From an uncultured Bacillota bacterium (GTDB lineage Bacteria; Bacillota; Clostridia; Christensenellales; UBA1242), in assembly GCA_949298925.1 (NCBI GenBank), contig CASFYE010000002.1, forward strand, positions 1 to 46,225: DNA of 46,225 nucleotides. Reading direction: 5' to 3'. The position numbers and the translations under genes are program-made. This document shows positions 1 through 9,076 of the stretch, in pieces (the first letter of the stretch is position 1; every line of letters starts with the position of its first letter). The notes beneath the pieces are model-generated. The model saw only the letters and a program-made list of their open reading frames with translations, did no database searches and was not told where the DNA came from.

Positions 1-102
1 TAACCATATTATTTTATATCTTTATTAATTTTAATCAATATTGGTTTTTAAAAGAAGAATAAATTCCAACTTTTAATATGACAAAATTTGCAATTTAGTT
101 TT

Positions 103-132
103 TCATATACAAAAAAAGTCTAGGCATATATA
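103..132 (+). promoter_or_regulatory. putative sigma-E-type (mother cell) promoter of the spoIIIA operon
   Basis: TCATATA (103-109), 15 nt, CATATATA (125-132). Resembles the B. subtilis sigma-E consensus as I remember it (kmATATT / CATACA-T). Lies just upstream of the AGGAGG RBS (138-143). Confidence 0.35.
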
Positions 133-148
133 TTTCTAGGAGGCGAAG

Positions 149-1051
149 ATGCTGGAGGGAATATTGCCTGATCAAATATACATTCCAATTGCCAATAAGG
201 TGGGTTTTTCACGGCTTAATGAAATAAGATTAAGAATGGACAAGCCTGTGCTTTTATCAAGTTGCGGCCAAAAGTTTTTTTTAGGTGACAATGGGCCATG
301 CAAAGACCTTAACAAAGCTATTTTTTGCAATCGTTCTATGATAGAAGAAATCGTTTTTAGGGCAAGTGAATGTTCAATATATTCAGTCAATGAACAAATT
401 AAAAAGGGATATATTGTGACAAGCGAAGGGGTCAGAATTGGACTTGCTGGCAATGTTGTAGAGGAAAATGGTTTTTTAAAAACGATGACCTCTTTTTCTT
501 CTATAAACATAAGATTGCCACATGAAATTAGAAATTGCTCTCTCAAAGTCTTTTCCTCAATCGTGAAAGATACGGGAATATTAAACACACTCATTATTTC
601 TCCACCTGGCGCTGGAAAAACGACTTTTTTGCGTGATTTTGTTTGGCAGTTGTCAGAAAGAAATCTCGCATACAACATTTTAGTCCTTGATGAAAGAGGC
701 GAACTAAACATTGGGAAAGGATTAGGAATTTTTTCGGACATAATAAGTTTTTCTAGCAAAAAATTAGGTTTTGAAAATGGAATAAGATCACTTGCTCCAA
801 ACGTCATCGTTACAGACGAATTAGGAGAATGGGAAGACATTGAAGCTGTCAAATATGCTTCAAATTCAGGTGTAAAAATAATCGCGTCTGTTCATTCTGA
901 CAGCATTGAAGCATTTGCCCGAAAGCAGGCATTTAAAGAACTCTTAGAAGAAAAAATCTTTAAAAGATTTGTTTTGTTGTCTATGCGCGAAGGACCGGGA
1001 ACGCTTGAAGGAGTGTTTGATGAAAACCTTTCTCGTTTGATGCGTTGGTAA
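149..1051 (+). CDS. spoIIIAA: stage III sporulation protein AA (ATPase)
   Basis: 300-aa ORF with Walker A PPGAGKTT and Walker B-like VIVTDE. Strong RBS. First of eight co-linear spoIIIA-like ORFs. Confidence 0.9.
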   Translation: MLEGILPDQIYIPIANKVGFSRLNEIRLRMDKPVLLSSCGQKFFLGDNGPCKDLNKAIFCNRSMIEEIVFRASECSIYSVNEQIKKGYIVTSEGVRIGLAGNVVEENGFLKTMTSFSSINIRLPHEIRNCSLKVFSSIVKDTGILNTLIISPPGAGKTTFLRDFVWQLSERNLAYNILVLDERGELNIGKGLGIFSDIISFSSKKLGFENGIRSLAPNVIVTDELGEWEDIEAVKYASNSGVKIIASVHSDSIEAFARKQAFKELLEEKIFKRFVLLSMREGPGTLEGVFDENLSRLMRW

Positions 1052-1066
1052 TTTAGGAGGTAATGT

Positions 1067-1561
1067 ATGAAATGGGTGATTATGGCAATTATGTTCGTCT
1101 TTTGTGTAGGCGTTGGCTATTTTCTTTCACTTAGGTATAAAAGACGTCAAAATTTTTACTCCGCTCTTATTATGTTCGCGCAAAAGCTTGATGTTGAAAT
1201 CAACTTTTCAAGAGAGAGATTAAAAAAGCTGATTGAAGATATGGACGAAAAAAACAAAAAGCATCTGTTTGGTTTGGACAAAAATTTTTTAGCATATCTG
1301 TCCGGAAATTTAGAATTAAAGCAAACAGAACTTTTTAAAAATATACAATTTTTAAAGCCAGACGAAAAAGAAACAATTTTTTTATTTTTTAAATCATTGG
1401 GAAGAAGCGATGTTCTAGGTCAAAGCAAAGAAATAGCAAACTTTTCAAAACGTTTTGATGACTCTCTAACAAAATGTTCAAACGAAAACAAAAAATATGG
1501 CTCATTGTGTGTTAAATTGGGCATAGTAGCAGGGCTGTTTTTGCTTGTAATAATGTTGTAG
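1067..1561 (+). CDS. spoIIIAB: stage III sporulation protein AB
   Basis: 164-aa ORF with N- and C-terminal TM helices. AGGAGG RBS at 1055-1060. Second position in the operon. Confidence 0.8.
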   Translation: MKWVIMAIMFVFCVGVGYFLSLRYKRRQNFYSALIMFAQKLDVEINFSRERLKKLIEDMDEKNKKHLFGLDKNFLAYLSGNLELKQTELFKNIQFLKPDEKETIFLFFKSLGRSDVLGQSKEIANFSKRFDDSLTKCSNENKKYGSLCVKLGIVAGLFLLVIML

Positions 1562-1571
1562 GAGGAATTTA

Positions 1572-1769
1572 ATGGGTGTCGAAATTATTTTTAAAATAGC
1601 AGCTATTGGCATTTTAACAGCAGTGGTTACTCAAATTTTAAAGCAAACAGGCAAAGACGAGATAGGCACTTTGGCAACACTTGCAGGATTGGTTATTGTT
1701 TTGGTTATGGTGTTGTCTTTAATTGGTGATCTGTTTGGAACGATAAAAACCATGTTCGATTTTGGTTGA
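1572..1769 (+). CDS. spoIIIAC: stage III sporulation protein AC
   Basis: 65-aa two-TM ORF with a GGAGG RBS. Size and position match SpoIIIAC. Confidence 0.8.
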   Translation: MGVEIIFKIAAIGILTAVVTQILKQTGKDEIGTLATLAGLVIVLVMVLSLIGDLFGTIKTMFDFG

Positions 1770-1794
1770 TGAAAATATTAGAAGTGAGGCGCAA

Positions 1795-2187
1795 GTGGAA
1801 CTTATCTTCAAAATTATTGGAGTGGGACTAGTAACATGCATAGCAGTGTTGATTTTAAAACCGGTGCGTGCTGATTTTGCTATGATAATCTCTCTTGTTG
1901 GTGGCGTCATAATTTTGGTGATGATTCTTTCATCAATCACTAGTGCTATTTCACTTATTACTTCTATCGCAAACAGGACAGGAGTTAACAGCAACCTTTT
2001 GGCTCTGGTTTTCAAAATCATAGGAATAGGATATTTAACAGAATTTTCTGCAAGTCTATGCGCAGATGCTGGCAGTAGTGGACTTGGAGACAAAATACTT
2101 CTCGGCGGAAAAATTGTAATACTCATAATGGCCATACCTATTGTAACAAACATTATTAACATTGTATTGGAGTTGTTGCCAACATGA
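1795..2187 (+). CDS. spoIIIAD: stage III sporulation protein AD
   Basis: Multi-TM ORF. I place the start at GTG 1795 (GTGAGG 1784-1789 upstream) because (M)ELIFKIIGVGL aligns with the SpoIIIAD N-terminus as I recall it. The ORF track start is TTG 1762. Confidence 0.75.
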   Translation: MELIFKIIGVGLVTCIAVLILKPVRADFAMIISLVGGVIILVMILSSITSAISLITSIANRTGVNSNLLALVFKIIGIGYLTEFSASLCADAGSSGLGDKILLGGKIVILIMAIPIVTNIINIVLELLPT

Positions 2188-3392
2188 AAAAAGTAATCAT
2201 TTTATTTTTCAGTTTTGTTTTGTTAAGTGGCTCCTTATTTTTTTCCTCCGCCTTTTTTAATTCGCCTAACAAGGCATGTTTTGCTACGTCAGAAGAAGAC
2301 ACTATTCAAGAAGAACTTGATCAATCAATAAACGACCAATTAGGCGACTTAGATCTGTCAGAATTAGAAGAAATACTAGAAAACTCTGAAAACGCCTCAG
2401 AACTTTTTGGAGAAATGAGCTTTTTTGACAAGCTGGTTTCAATCATTAATGGAGAATTTGCCGACGACTCCTCGTCAATATGGCAGGCAATATTTAACCT
2501 GGTATTTGATGGAATATTAAATTTTTTACCTTTAATCGCAACAATAATCGCAGTTTCAATTTTGGGTGGAATGATACAAAATTTGAAACCAAATTTAGGA
2601 AAGAAGTCAATAGGCTCTGTGATACATTTTGTAACATATGGAGTTGTAATAATTTTAATATTTACAATCGTCATGCGAATGATCACATTGACTTCAAACA
2701 CCCTAAATTCAATCAAATCGCAAATGGACGCTGTTTTTCCAATTCTACTCACCATGTTAACGGCCGTTCAAGGAAATGTTTCAGTTTCAGTTTACCAGCC
2801 TGCCATGGCGTTACTTTCAAGTTTTATAGTTAACATATTCACATTAATTTTATTGCCACTATTTTTAATTTCGACTGTTCTAGCACTCGTTTCAAATTTG
2901 TCAAATAACGTAAAACTCGACAAACTCATTTCTTTTATTCACTCTTTGTTTAAATGGATAGTAGGAATAATTTTTACTGTTTTTATAAGCTTCGCTACAA
3001 TTCAAGGAATAACTGCAGGCGCAGTTGATGGTTTGTCCATTAAAACAGCAAAATTTGCAATTAAAAGTTATGTTCCACTAATTGGCTCGTATATATCAGA
3101 TGGTTTTTACATCTTACTCGCTTCTTCGAGTTTAATAAAAAATGCAATAGGGGCAACAGGGTTATTGCTCCTAGCTGGCACAATTCTTTCACCAATTTTA
3201 GAACTTGTAATTTTTATGTTGGCTTTAAAACTCATGGCTGGTATTATTGAGCCACTCGGCGATGGAAAGATCGCATCTTTTGTTAACACGCTATCAAAAA
3301 ATATGACTTTGTTGATTTCCTTTTTAGTAGCAGTTTCATTTATGTACACTCTTTTGACAGGGCTTGTTATGTGTAGCGCAAATCTATTGTAG
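2184..3392 (+). CDS. spoIIIAE: stage III sporulation protein AE
   Basis: 402-aa ORF with a signal peptide and a polytopic membrane domain. ATGA overlap with the previous gene. Confidence 0.85.
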   Translation: MKKVIILFFSFVLLSGSLFFSSAFFNSPNKACFATSEEDTIQEELDQSINDQLGDLDLSELEEILENSENASELFGEMSFFDKLVSIINGEFADDSSSIWQAIFNLVFDGILNFLPLIATIIAVSILGGMIQNLKPNLGKKSIGSVIHFVTYGVVIILIFTIVMRMITLTSNTLNSIKSQMDAVFPILLTMLTAVQGNVSVSVYQPAMALLSSFIVNIFTLILLPLFLISTVLALVSNLSNNVKLDKLISFIHSLFKWIVGIIFTVFISFATIQGITAGAVDGLSIKTAKFAIKSYVPLIGSYISDGFYILLASSSLIKNAIGATGLLLLAGTILSPILELVIFMLALKLMAGIIEPLGDGKIASFVNTLSKNMTLLISFLVAVSFMYTLLTGLVMCSANLL

Positions 3393-3401
3393 GAGGGCAA
3401 A

Positions 3402-3902
3402 ATGTTTTCTTCTGTTTCGAGTTGGATATTGTCAATAGCAGGAATAGTCATAATCTCAGTAATAGTTGAACTAATTTTACCAGAAGGCTCTCTTAATAAA
3501 TATATTCGATCCATATTTTCTTTTTTGGTTGTTCTCGTTATTGTTGCACCACTACCATCATTGGTGGGGAAAAAGTTTGATTATTCACAAATAATTACCC
3601 AAGAAGAATACACTTTGCAAGAAGATTATCTGTTTCAATTAAACGTTTATAAAACTGAAGCGCTTCAACAAGAGCTAGTCACGGCTATAAACGAGGCTGG
3701 ATACGACAATGTTGATGTTAGCGTTTCATGCAACAACTATTCAACGTCGTTTGTTGTCGATGCGATATATGTCGAACTTTCAAATTTAGTCATAACGGAC
3801 AAGGCTGAACATACAAATATTATAGACATCGAAAAGGAGATTTTAAAGCTGATCATCTCTTATGCGAACGTCGAAGAAAGGAAGGTGCACTTTGAAAAAT
3901 AA
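3402..3902 (+). CDS. spoIIIAF: stage III sporulation protein AF
   Basis: 166-aa ORF with two N-terminal TM helices. Operon position 6. Confidence 0.75.
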   Translation: MFSSVSSWILSIAGIVIISVIVELILPEGSLNKYIRSIFSFLVVLVIVAPLPSLVGKKFDYSQIITQEEYTLQEDYLFQLNVYKTEALQQELVTAINEAGYDNVDVSVSCNNYSTSFVVDAIYVELSNLVITDKAEHTNIIDIEKEILKLIISYANVEERKVHFEK

Positions 3903-4413
3903 GTTTTCAGAAAAATTTGAAAAACTTGTTTCATTGTTAAAAACGAACAGAAAGGTGCAAATAGGACTGGCCATCTTATTTGCTCTTATCCTTCTTGCCG
4001 TTTACTTTTCTTTCCAGGGCGGTTCAAAGGAGCAAACAGAAAATCAAACGATTGCAACATCTTCTGCTGAGCAGTATGCTATTTCGCTTGAAAATAAGCT
4101 TGAAAATCTTCTTTCAACGGTGAAAGGCGCAGGAGAGGTGAGCGTTGCAATCACGTTAGAAAACGGATTCGAATATGTTTACGCCACCGAAGAAAGCGTC
4201 AAAGAAACTTCATCTGGCACTCAAACTACGACATCGGTTGTGCTTGTTAATGGCGAGCCTGTGCTCACACAAGAAATCTTTCCAACAATAAAAGGTGTTT
4301 TAGTTACTGCCAGTGGTGCAGATGACATCACAGTGAAGCTAAATTTATTAAATGCAATAAATTCGGCGGTCGAAGTTTCAAACGACAACATTATTATTTT
4401 AGCGCGTTCTTAA
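3892..4413 (+). CDS. spoIIIAG: stage III sporulation protein AG
   Basis: Single N-terminal TM helix plus a beta-rich C-terminal domain. I prefer the TTG 3892 start, 6 nt after AAAGGAAGG (3877-3885). The ATG at 3862 has no RBS. Confidence 0.7.
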   Translation: MKNKFSEKFEKLVSLLKTNRKVQIGLAILFALILLAVYFSFQGGSKEQTENQTIATSSAEQYAISLENKLENLLSTVKGAGEVSVAITLENGFEYVYATEESVKETSSGTQTTTSVVLVNGEPVLTQEIFPTIKGVLVTASGADDITVKLNLLNAINSAVEVSNDNIIILARS

Positions 4414-4425
4414 AAGGAGAATAAA

Positions 4426-4896
4426 ATGAAAAAAAGAACAAAAATTATCATTGTCGCTGTTATGATAGTCCTATTGGGTGTTACGGGATATCTTAACATT
4501 GCATTAAACAACTCGGTTGATGACACACCAGTAAGTTCAACAGTTACAACCTCATATTTTGCTGCTTACAGACAGGACAGAGAATCACAAAGAGATCAGA
4601 TGCTCTTGTATTATGAAGCAATAGCTAGTAGCGAAACAGCATCTGCTGAGGAAATTGCTAGTGCCACAGCTGCTAGAGAAGCTTTGATCGCTCAAATGGA
4701 CACAGAATTAAAAGTGGAAGGGCTTATTAAAGGACTTGGGTTTGATGATTGCGTTATAGCCATATCACCAACAAAAGTTACAATTATGATCGATTCCGCA
4801 ACCATGACAGAAGCTCAAAATGCTCAAATTATTGAAATATCTGAAAGTTATTTAGGTCTTGGATTAGAAAATATTGATGTTATTCCAGTTATATAG
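4426..4896 (+). CDS. spoIIIAH: stage III sporulation protein AH
   Basis: 156-aa ORF with an N-terminal TM anchor. AAGGAG RBS. Last gene of the operon. Confidence 0.7.
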   Translation: MKKRTKIIIVAVMIVLLGVTGYLNIALNNSVDDTPVSSTVTTSYFAAYRQDRESQRDQMLLYYEAIASSETASAEEIASATAAREALIAQMDTELKVEGLIKGLGFDDCVIAISPTKVTIMIDSATMTEAQNAQIIEISESYLGLGLENIDVIPVI

Positions 4897-4897
4897 T

Positions 4898-4925
4898 TTG
4901 CAATTAAAATTAATTATGCTATAAT
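4898..4925 (+). promoter_or_regulatory. sigma-A-type promoter for asp23-nusB-xseAB-proS
   Basis: TTGCAA (4898-4903), 16 nt, TGcTATAAT (TATAAT at 4920-4925). Confidence 0.6.
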
Positions 4926-4949
4926 GTTCTCGTAGATTGGGAGATTATT

Positions 4950-5321
4950 ATGGCAGACACAAAACTTTATGGAGAAGGTGGAAAGATAACTTGCGACAAA
5001 GCTATTCTAGCTTCAATAGTCAGCCTTGCAACAAAAGAAATAAAAGGCGTCGCAAGATTATCAAAAAGAAAAACTTCATGGTTTAAACGACTTTTAAAGG
5101 ACGAAGAAAGTGAAGGCGTTATAGTTAGATTTGACGCTAATGGGTCGGTAAAGGTTGATGTTTATGTTGATGTTTATATTGGCGAAAGCGTGCCAGAACT
5201 AGCTTTTAAAATTCAAGAAAACATTAAAAACAACCTTTCTAGTATGGTAGAAATTAAAACGTCAAACATAAACGTTCACATCATCGACGTAATTTGCGAC
5301 AGAATCGACAGCGGGGTTTAG
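4950..5321 (+). CDS. Asp23/Gls24-family alkaline shock protein
   Basis: 123-aa ORF. The motif I(A)SIVSLATKEIKGVARL is typical of the Asp23 family. The position between spoIIIAH and nusB is usual for Clostridia. Confidence 0.8.
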   Translation: MADTKLYGEGGKITCDKAILASIVSLATKEIKGVARLSKRKTSWFKRLLKDEESEGVIVRFDANGSVKVDVYVDVYIGESVPELAFKIQENIKNNLSSMVEIKTSNINVHIIDVICDRIDSGV

Positions 5322-5322
5322 A

Positions 5323-5700
5323 ATGAGGCGTAATTCGCGTGTTCAAGCCTTTAAGATGATCTTTGAAAGGTTTTTTACTGAAAATCCAGAAGATGAAGAA
5401 TTGTTGGCAGAATTGAATGAAAAAGACAAAGATTTTGCTCAACAAATTTTTTCTGCATATTTAAAAAATAAGGATAAAATTGAAAACAAAATACAAAAGC
5501 TATTAGTTGATTATTCGTTAGATCGTGTTCATAAAATTGATTTAGCGTTACTTTTTGAAGCAATAACTGAAATTGAATATCTTAGCATTCCTGCACCTGT
5601 TGTTATCAATGAAGTGGTAGAAATTGCAAAAATTTATTCAACAAATGATTCTCCTCGTTTTATTAATGGCGTACTTAGCTCTGCATTAAAGGAGAGTTAA
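5323..5700 (+). CDS. nusB: transcription antitermination factor NusB
   Basis: 125-aa ORF with the C-terminal motif PRFINGVL. Confidence 0.9.
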   Translation: MRRNSRVQAFKMIFERFFTENPEDEELLAELNEKDKDFAQQIFSAYLKNKDKIENKIQKLLVDYSLDRVHKIDLALLFEAITEIEYLSIPAPVVINEVVEIAKIYSTNDSPRFINGVLSSALKES

Positions 5701-6822
5701 ATGCCACTTAACACTCTTACAGTAACTCAATATAGCACTTATATTAAACAAATTTTTGATGCAGAAGAACTTCTCCATAACATAAAAATTGTTGGAGAAG
5801 TTTTTGGCATAACTAGATTAAGAGGTGCGGTTTATTTTTCTTTGAAAGACGAAAATAGTGCTATTAATTGTGTTTCTTTTATAAGCCAAATCTTTGAAGA
5901 TATTGAAGAGGGAAGCAAGATAACGGTGACAGGTTCGCCAAACTACTACGTCAAAGGCGGAAAACTTTCTTTCGTTGTTAATAAAGCGGAAAAATTTGGT
6001 CAAGGCCAGCTATATTTACAATTTTTAATGCTGAAAGAAAAATTAGAAAAAGAAGGTATGTTCGACCCAAAAAACAAAAAGCCTATTCCAAAGAATATCA
6101 AAACAATAGGAGTTATCACATCTAAGGAAGGTGCAGTAATTCATGATATTTACAGTGTGTGCTCTCGTAGGAACCCTGCCGTAAACATTGCCATATATCC
6201 AACGAAGGTTCAAGGCAAAAATGCTGATGAGGAAATTGCAAGGGCTATTGAAACTCTGTCAAATTATGACAAAATTGATGTCATAATAGTCGCTAGAGGC
6301 GGAGGTTCTATGGAAGATTTGAGTGCTTACAACACCGAACGGGTCGCACGAGCAACCTTTGCTTGCAACAAGCCGATAATATCTGCCGTTGGGCATGAAA
6401 CAGATTTTACGATAATAGATTTTGTCAGTGATTTAAGAGCACCAACTCCTTCTGCGGCTGCTGAACTGTTGACAGAGGATGTAAGTAAAAGAAAAACACA
6501 ATTTGAAAACCTGCTTAATACATTTAAAAATAATATTCGAAGAATTGATTTTGATTTTACCACAAAGTTGAAAACAGCGAAAGATAATTTTTTAAAAAAC
6601 GCTGAAGCAATTTTGCGCGACAAAGAATATGAACTTGGGCTTTTAGATAAGACATTAATTGGCCTTGATCCAAAAGCAATTTTAAAAAGAGGATTTGCAA
6701 AAATTGAACAAAATGGCAAAGTTGTTGACAAGGCAAAAGATATTGTGTTATCATCAAAATTAGAAATATTATTTTACGATGGCAAGGTTATTGCTAAACC
6801 AGAAGAGGTGAAAGATGTCTGA
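5701..6822 (+). CDS. xseA: exodeoxyribonuclease VII large subunit
   Basis: 373-aa ORF with an OB-fold N-terminus, ARGGGS and GHETD motifs. Confidence 0.9.
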   Translation: MPLNTLTVTQYSTYIKQIFDAEELLHNIKIVGEVFGITRLRGAVYFSLKDENSAINCVSFISQIFEDIEEGSKITVTGSPNYYVKGGKLSFVVNKAEKFGQGQLYLQFLMLKEKLEKEGMFDPKNKKPIPKNIKTIGVITSKEGAVIHDIYSVCSRRNPAVNIAIYPTKVQGKNADEEIARAIETLSNYDKIDVIIVARGGGSMEDLSAYNTERVARATFACNKPIISAVGHETDFTIIDFVSDLRAPTPSAAAELLTEDVSKRKTQFENLLNTFKNNIRRIDFDFTTKLKTAKDNFLKNAEAILRDKEYELGLLDKTLIGLDPKAILKRGFAKIEQNGKVVDKAKDIVLSSKLEILFYDGKVIAKPEEVKDV

Positions 6823-7033
6823 AAAATTAAGTTACGAAGATGCCATTAAAAAACTAAACGAAATAAACGAAAAACTTTCTGCACAAAACATAACACTTGA
6901 CCAAAGTTCGAAACTTTTTGAAGAAGGAGCAACCTTAATCAAGCTTTGCTATGAACATTTAAAAGTTGTAAAAGGCAAGATGTTGACAATTAAAGACACT
7001 ATCGATGGATTAATTATGGAGGAAGAGGAATGA
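6815..7033 (+). CDS. xseB: exodeoxyribonuclease VII small subunit
   Basis: 72-aa helical ORF that overlaps the end of xseA. Confidence 0.85.
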   Translation: MSEKLSYEDAIKKLNEINEKLSAQNITLDQSSKLFEEGATLIKLCYEHLKVVKGKMLTIKDTIDGLIMEEEE

Positions 7034-8730
7034 AACTATCAAAACTTGTAGGTGAAAGGCTGAAAGACGCGCCAGCAGGTGTGACGTCAAAAAGTCACGC
7101 ATATCTTATCCGTGCTGGCTACATAAAACAGGTGTCAAACGGTATTTACACTTTGCTTCCTCCAGCACAAAGGATAAATTTAAAATTGCAAGAAATCATA
7201 CGAGAAGAGATGGACGCAATTGACGGACAAGAATGTCTTTTTCCTGTGGTTATGCCAAGAGAATTATGGGACTTGTCAGGAAGATACAGCTCAATAGCTG
7301 AGGAGCTTTTGCGTTTTAAGGACAGAACAGGTCATGACATGGTACTTGGCATGACACACGAAGAAGCTGCCGTACATGCTGTTTTAGGCAGTTTAAAAAG
7401 TTATGATCAATTACCGTTTATGATTTACCAAATCCAAACTAAATACAGAGATGAAGCTCGACCAAGAGCTGGACTTATTAGGGTGAAAGAATTCACAATG
7501 AAAGATGCCTACTCATTTCATGAAAATCAAACGGATTTGGAACAATATTATAAAAAAGTCTATGATTCGTATTTTAAAATTTTCAACCGTATGGGCATGA
7601 AAAAAGTTATATCAGTTCATTCTGATTCTGGTATGATGGGGGGAAAGGTTGCCGATGAATTTCAATTGCTCACAGATATAGGTGAAGACACCATCATCGT
7701 CTGCCCACATTGTGACACTGCATCAAACGTCGACGTTGCATCTTCCATACCAGAGGAAAACGAACATATATTTGGTGTTAAAACTGAGGTGTTTACCGGC
7801 GAAGCAAAAACGATTGATGAAGTTTGCTCAAACTTAAACAAGACTCCAAACCAAATTGCAAAAGCGGTATGTTACGCAGTAATAGGTGACAGCAAACGTG
7901 TTGTGATAGCTTTTTTACGAGGTGACAAAGAGGTAAACGAAGCAAAACTAAAAGTTTTGGTTGGTGCAGATATTGTAATAAAAGATTTAAGCGAAAGTGG
8001 GCTTGTCAAAGGGAATATAGGGTGCATTAATTTAAACATTGAAAATGCTGAAATTTATTATGATAAATCCTTAGAAGGTTTAGAAAGTTTTGTAACAGGA
8101 GCAAACAAAGAAGGCTATCATTTTATAGGCGTAAGTATGACAAGAGATGTCCGCCCGGAAAAATACGTCGACATATCAAAAGTTAAAGAGGGTGAAAAGT
8201 GTCCCGTTTGTGGCAACAATCTTTTGGTGAAACGAGGAATTGAAATAGGAAACATTTTCCAATTAGGCACACGTTACACAAAACAAATGGGCTTGACTGT
8301 TTCATTGCCAGATGGTTCAACTATCAATCCGATTATGGGTTGCTATGGCATAGGCGTTGGCAGATGTCTAGCCAGCATAGCAGAGGAGAGCAGTGATGAA
8401 AAAGGTTTGTGCTGGCCTATGGCGATTGCACCATGGCACATCTATCTGTGCCCTTTGCGTTTAGATGATGAAAATGTGCGCAGACAAGCAGAAAGATTGT
8501 ATTCAAGGCTTCAGGCGGAAAACTTCGAAGTGTTATATGATGACCGAATTGCGTCAGCTGGAACAAAACTTACTGACAGTGAACTTATGGGAATACCTGT
8601 TCGAATAGTAATCAGTCCAAAGACAATAGAAAATGGAAATATAGAAATTTCAATACGCGCTACCGGCGAAAAGTTTTTTGTTAGTGAAGAAGCATTATCA
8701 AAAAAATTAGATGAAATTATAGTTTACTAA
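7030..8730 (+). CDS. proS: proline--tRNA ligase (bacterial type with editing insertion)
   Basis: 566-aa ORF with class II motifs (FRDE.RPR, GIGVGR). ATGA overlap with xseB. Confidence 0.95.
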   Translation: MKLSKLVGERLKDAPAGVTSKSHAYLIRAGYIKQVSNGIYTLLPPAQRINLKLQEIIREEMDAIDGQECLFPVVMPRELWDLSGRYSSIAEELLRFKDRTGHDMVLGMTHEEAAVHAVLGSLKSYDQLPFMIYQIQTKYRDEARPRAGLIRVKEFTMKDAYSFHENQTDLEQYYKKVYDSYFKIFNRMGMKKVISVHSDSGMMGGKVADEFQLLTDIGEDTIIVCPHCDTASNVDVASSIPEENEHIFGVKTEVFTGEAKTIDEVCSNLNKTPNQIAKAVCYAVIGDSKRVVIAFLRGDKEVNEAKLKVLVGADIVIKDLSESGLVKGNIGCINLNIENAEIYYDKSLEGLESFVTGANKEGYHFIGVSMTRDVRPEKYVDISKVKEGEKCPVCGNNLLVKRGIEIGNIFQLGTRYTKQMGLTVSLPDGSTINPIMGCYGIGVGRCLASIAEESSDEKGLCWPMAIAPWHIYLCPLRLDDENVRRQAERLYSRLQAENFEVLYDDRIASAGTKLTDSELMGIPVRIVISPKTIENGNIEISIRATGEKFFVSEEALSKKLDEIIVY

Positions 8731-8802
8731 CAGTTTACACTTGTTATTTGCGACTATTATGTTATGATTATATAACTACTTTTTTGTGTTATTTTTTTTG
8801 AT

Positions 8803-9046
8803 TAACATATTCCTTCTATTTTTTTAACTTTTTATTTTTACTTATCTTAACTTTTTCTTTCTGTTTTTCATAACTTTTTATTTTATTTTTATAACTTTTA
8901 ATTTCCTTATCATAACTTTTTTTTCTGTTTTTCTTAACTTTTTCTTTCTGTTTTTCATAACTTTTTATTTTATTTTTATAACTTTTAATTTCCTTATCAT
9001 AACTTTTTTTTCTGTTTTTCTTAACTTTTCTTTCTTGTTTTTCATA
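8803..9046. repeat. T-rich phased repeat array (about 11 units of 21-23 bp; two identical 87-bp copies plus a partial third)
   Basis: TAAC(T)n units start at 8803, 8825, 8848, 8871, 8892, 8913, 8935, 8958, 8979, 9000 and 9022. 8846-8932 and 8933-9019 are identical by my reading, and 9020-9046 is a diverged partial copy. Confidence 0.9.
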
Positions 9047-9076
9047 TTGGCACTTGACTAAAAATATACTAATTTT

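Noticed and set aside
172-852. Long antisense or alternative-frame ORFs inside clear genes. Examples: 172-852, 1719-2162, 13144-13668, 17444-17716, 26025-26387, 28084-28620, 33160-33678, 36866-37177, 39579-39938
   Set aside because: Each lies entirely within a well-supported conserved gene on the other strand or frame. Their composition is low-complexity (S/F/I/L-rich), they have no RBS, and they show no recognisable motifs.
7030-7033. T-box or other leader for proS and serS
   Set aside because: The proS start overlaps the xseB stop (ATGA), and the serS leader is only ~20 nt. No T-box sequence (GGTGGTA.CGCG) was seen upstream of either gene. The only one I identified is the pheS leader at 34938-34955.
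8803-9046. Possible CRISPR array (also considered for 12422-12537)
   Set aside because: The repeats are directly tandem with no unique spacers, they are AT-only, and no cas genes are present.
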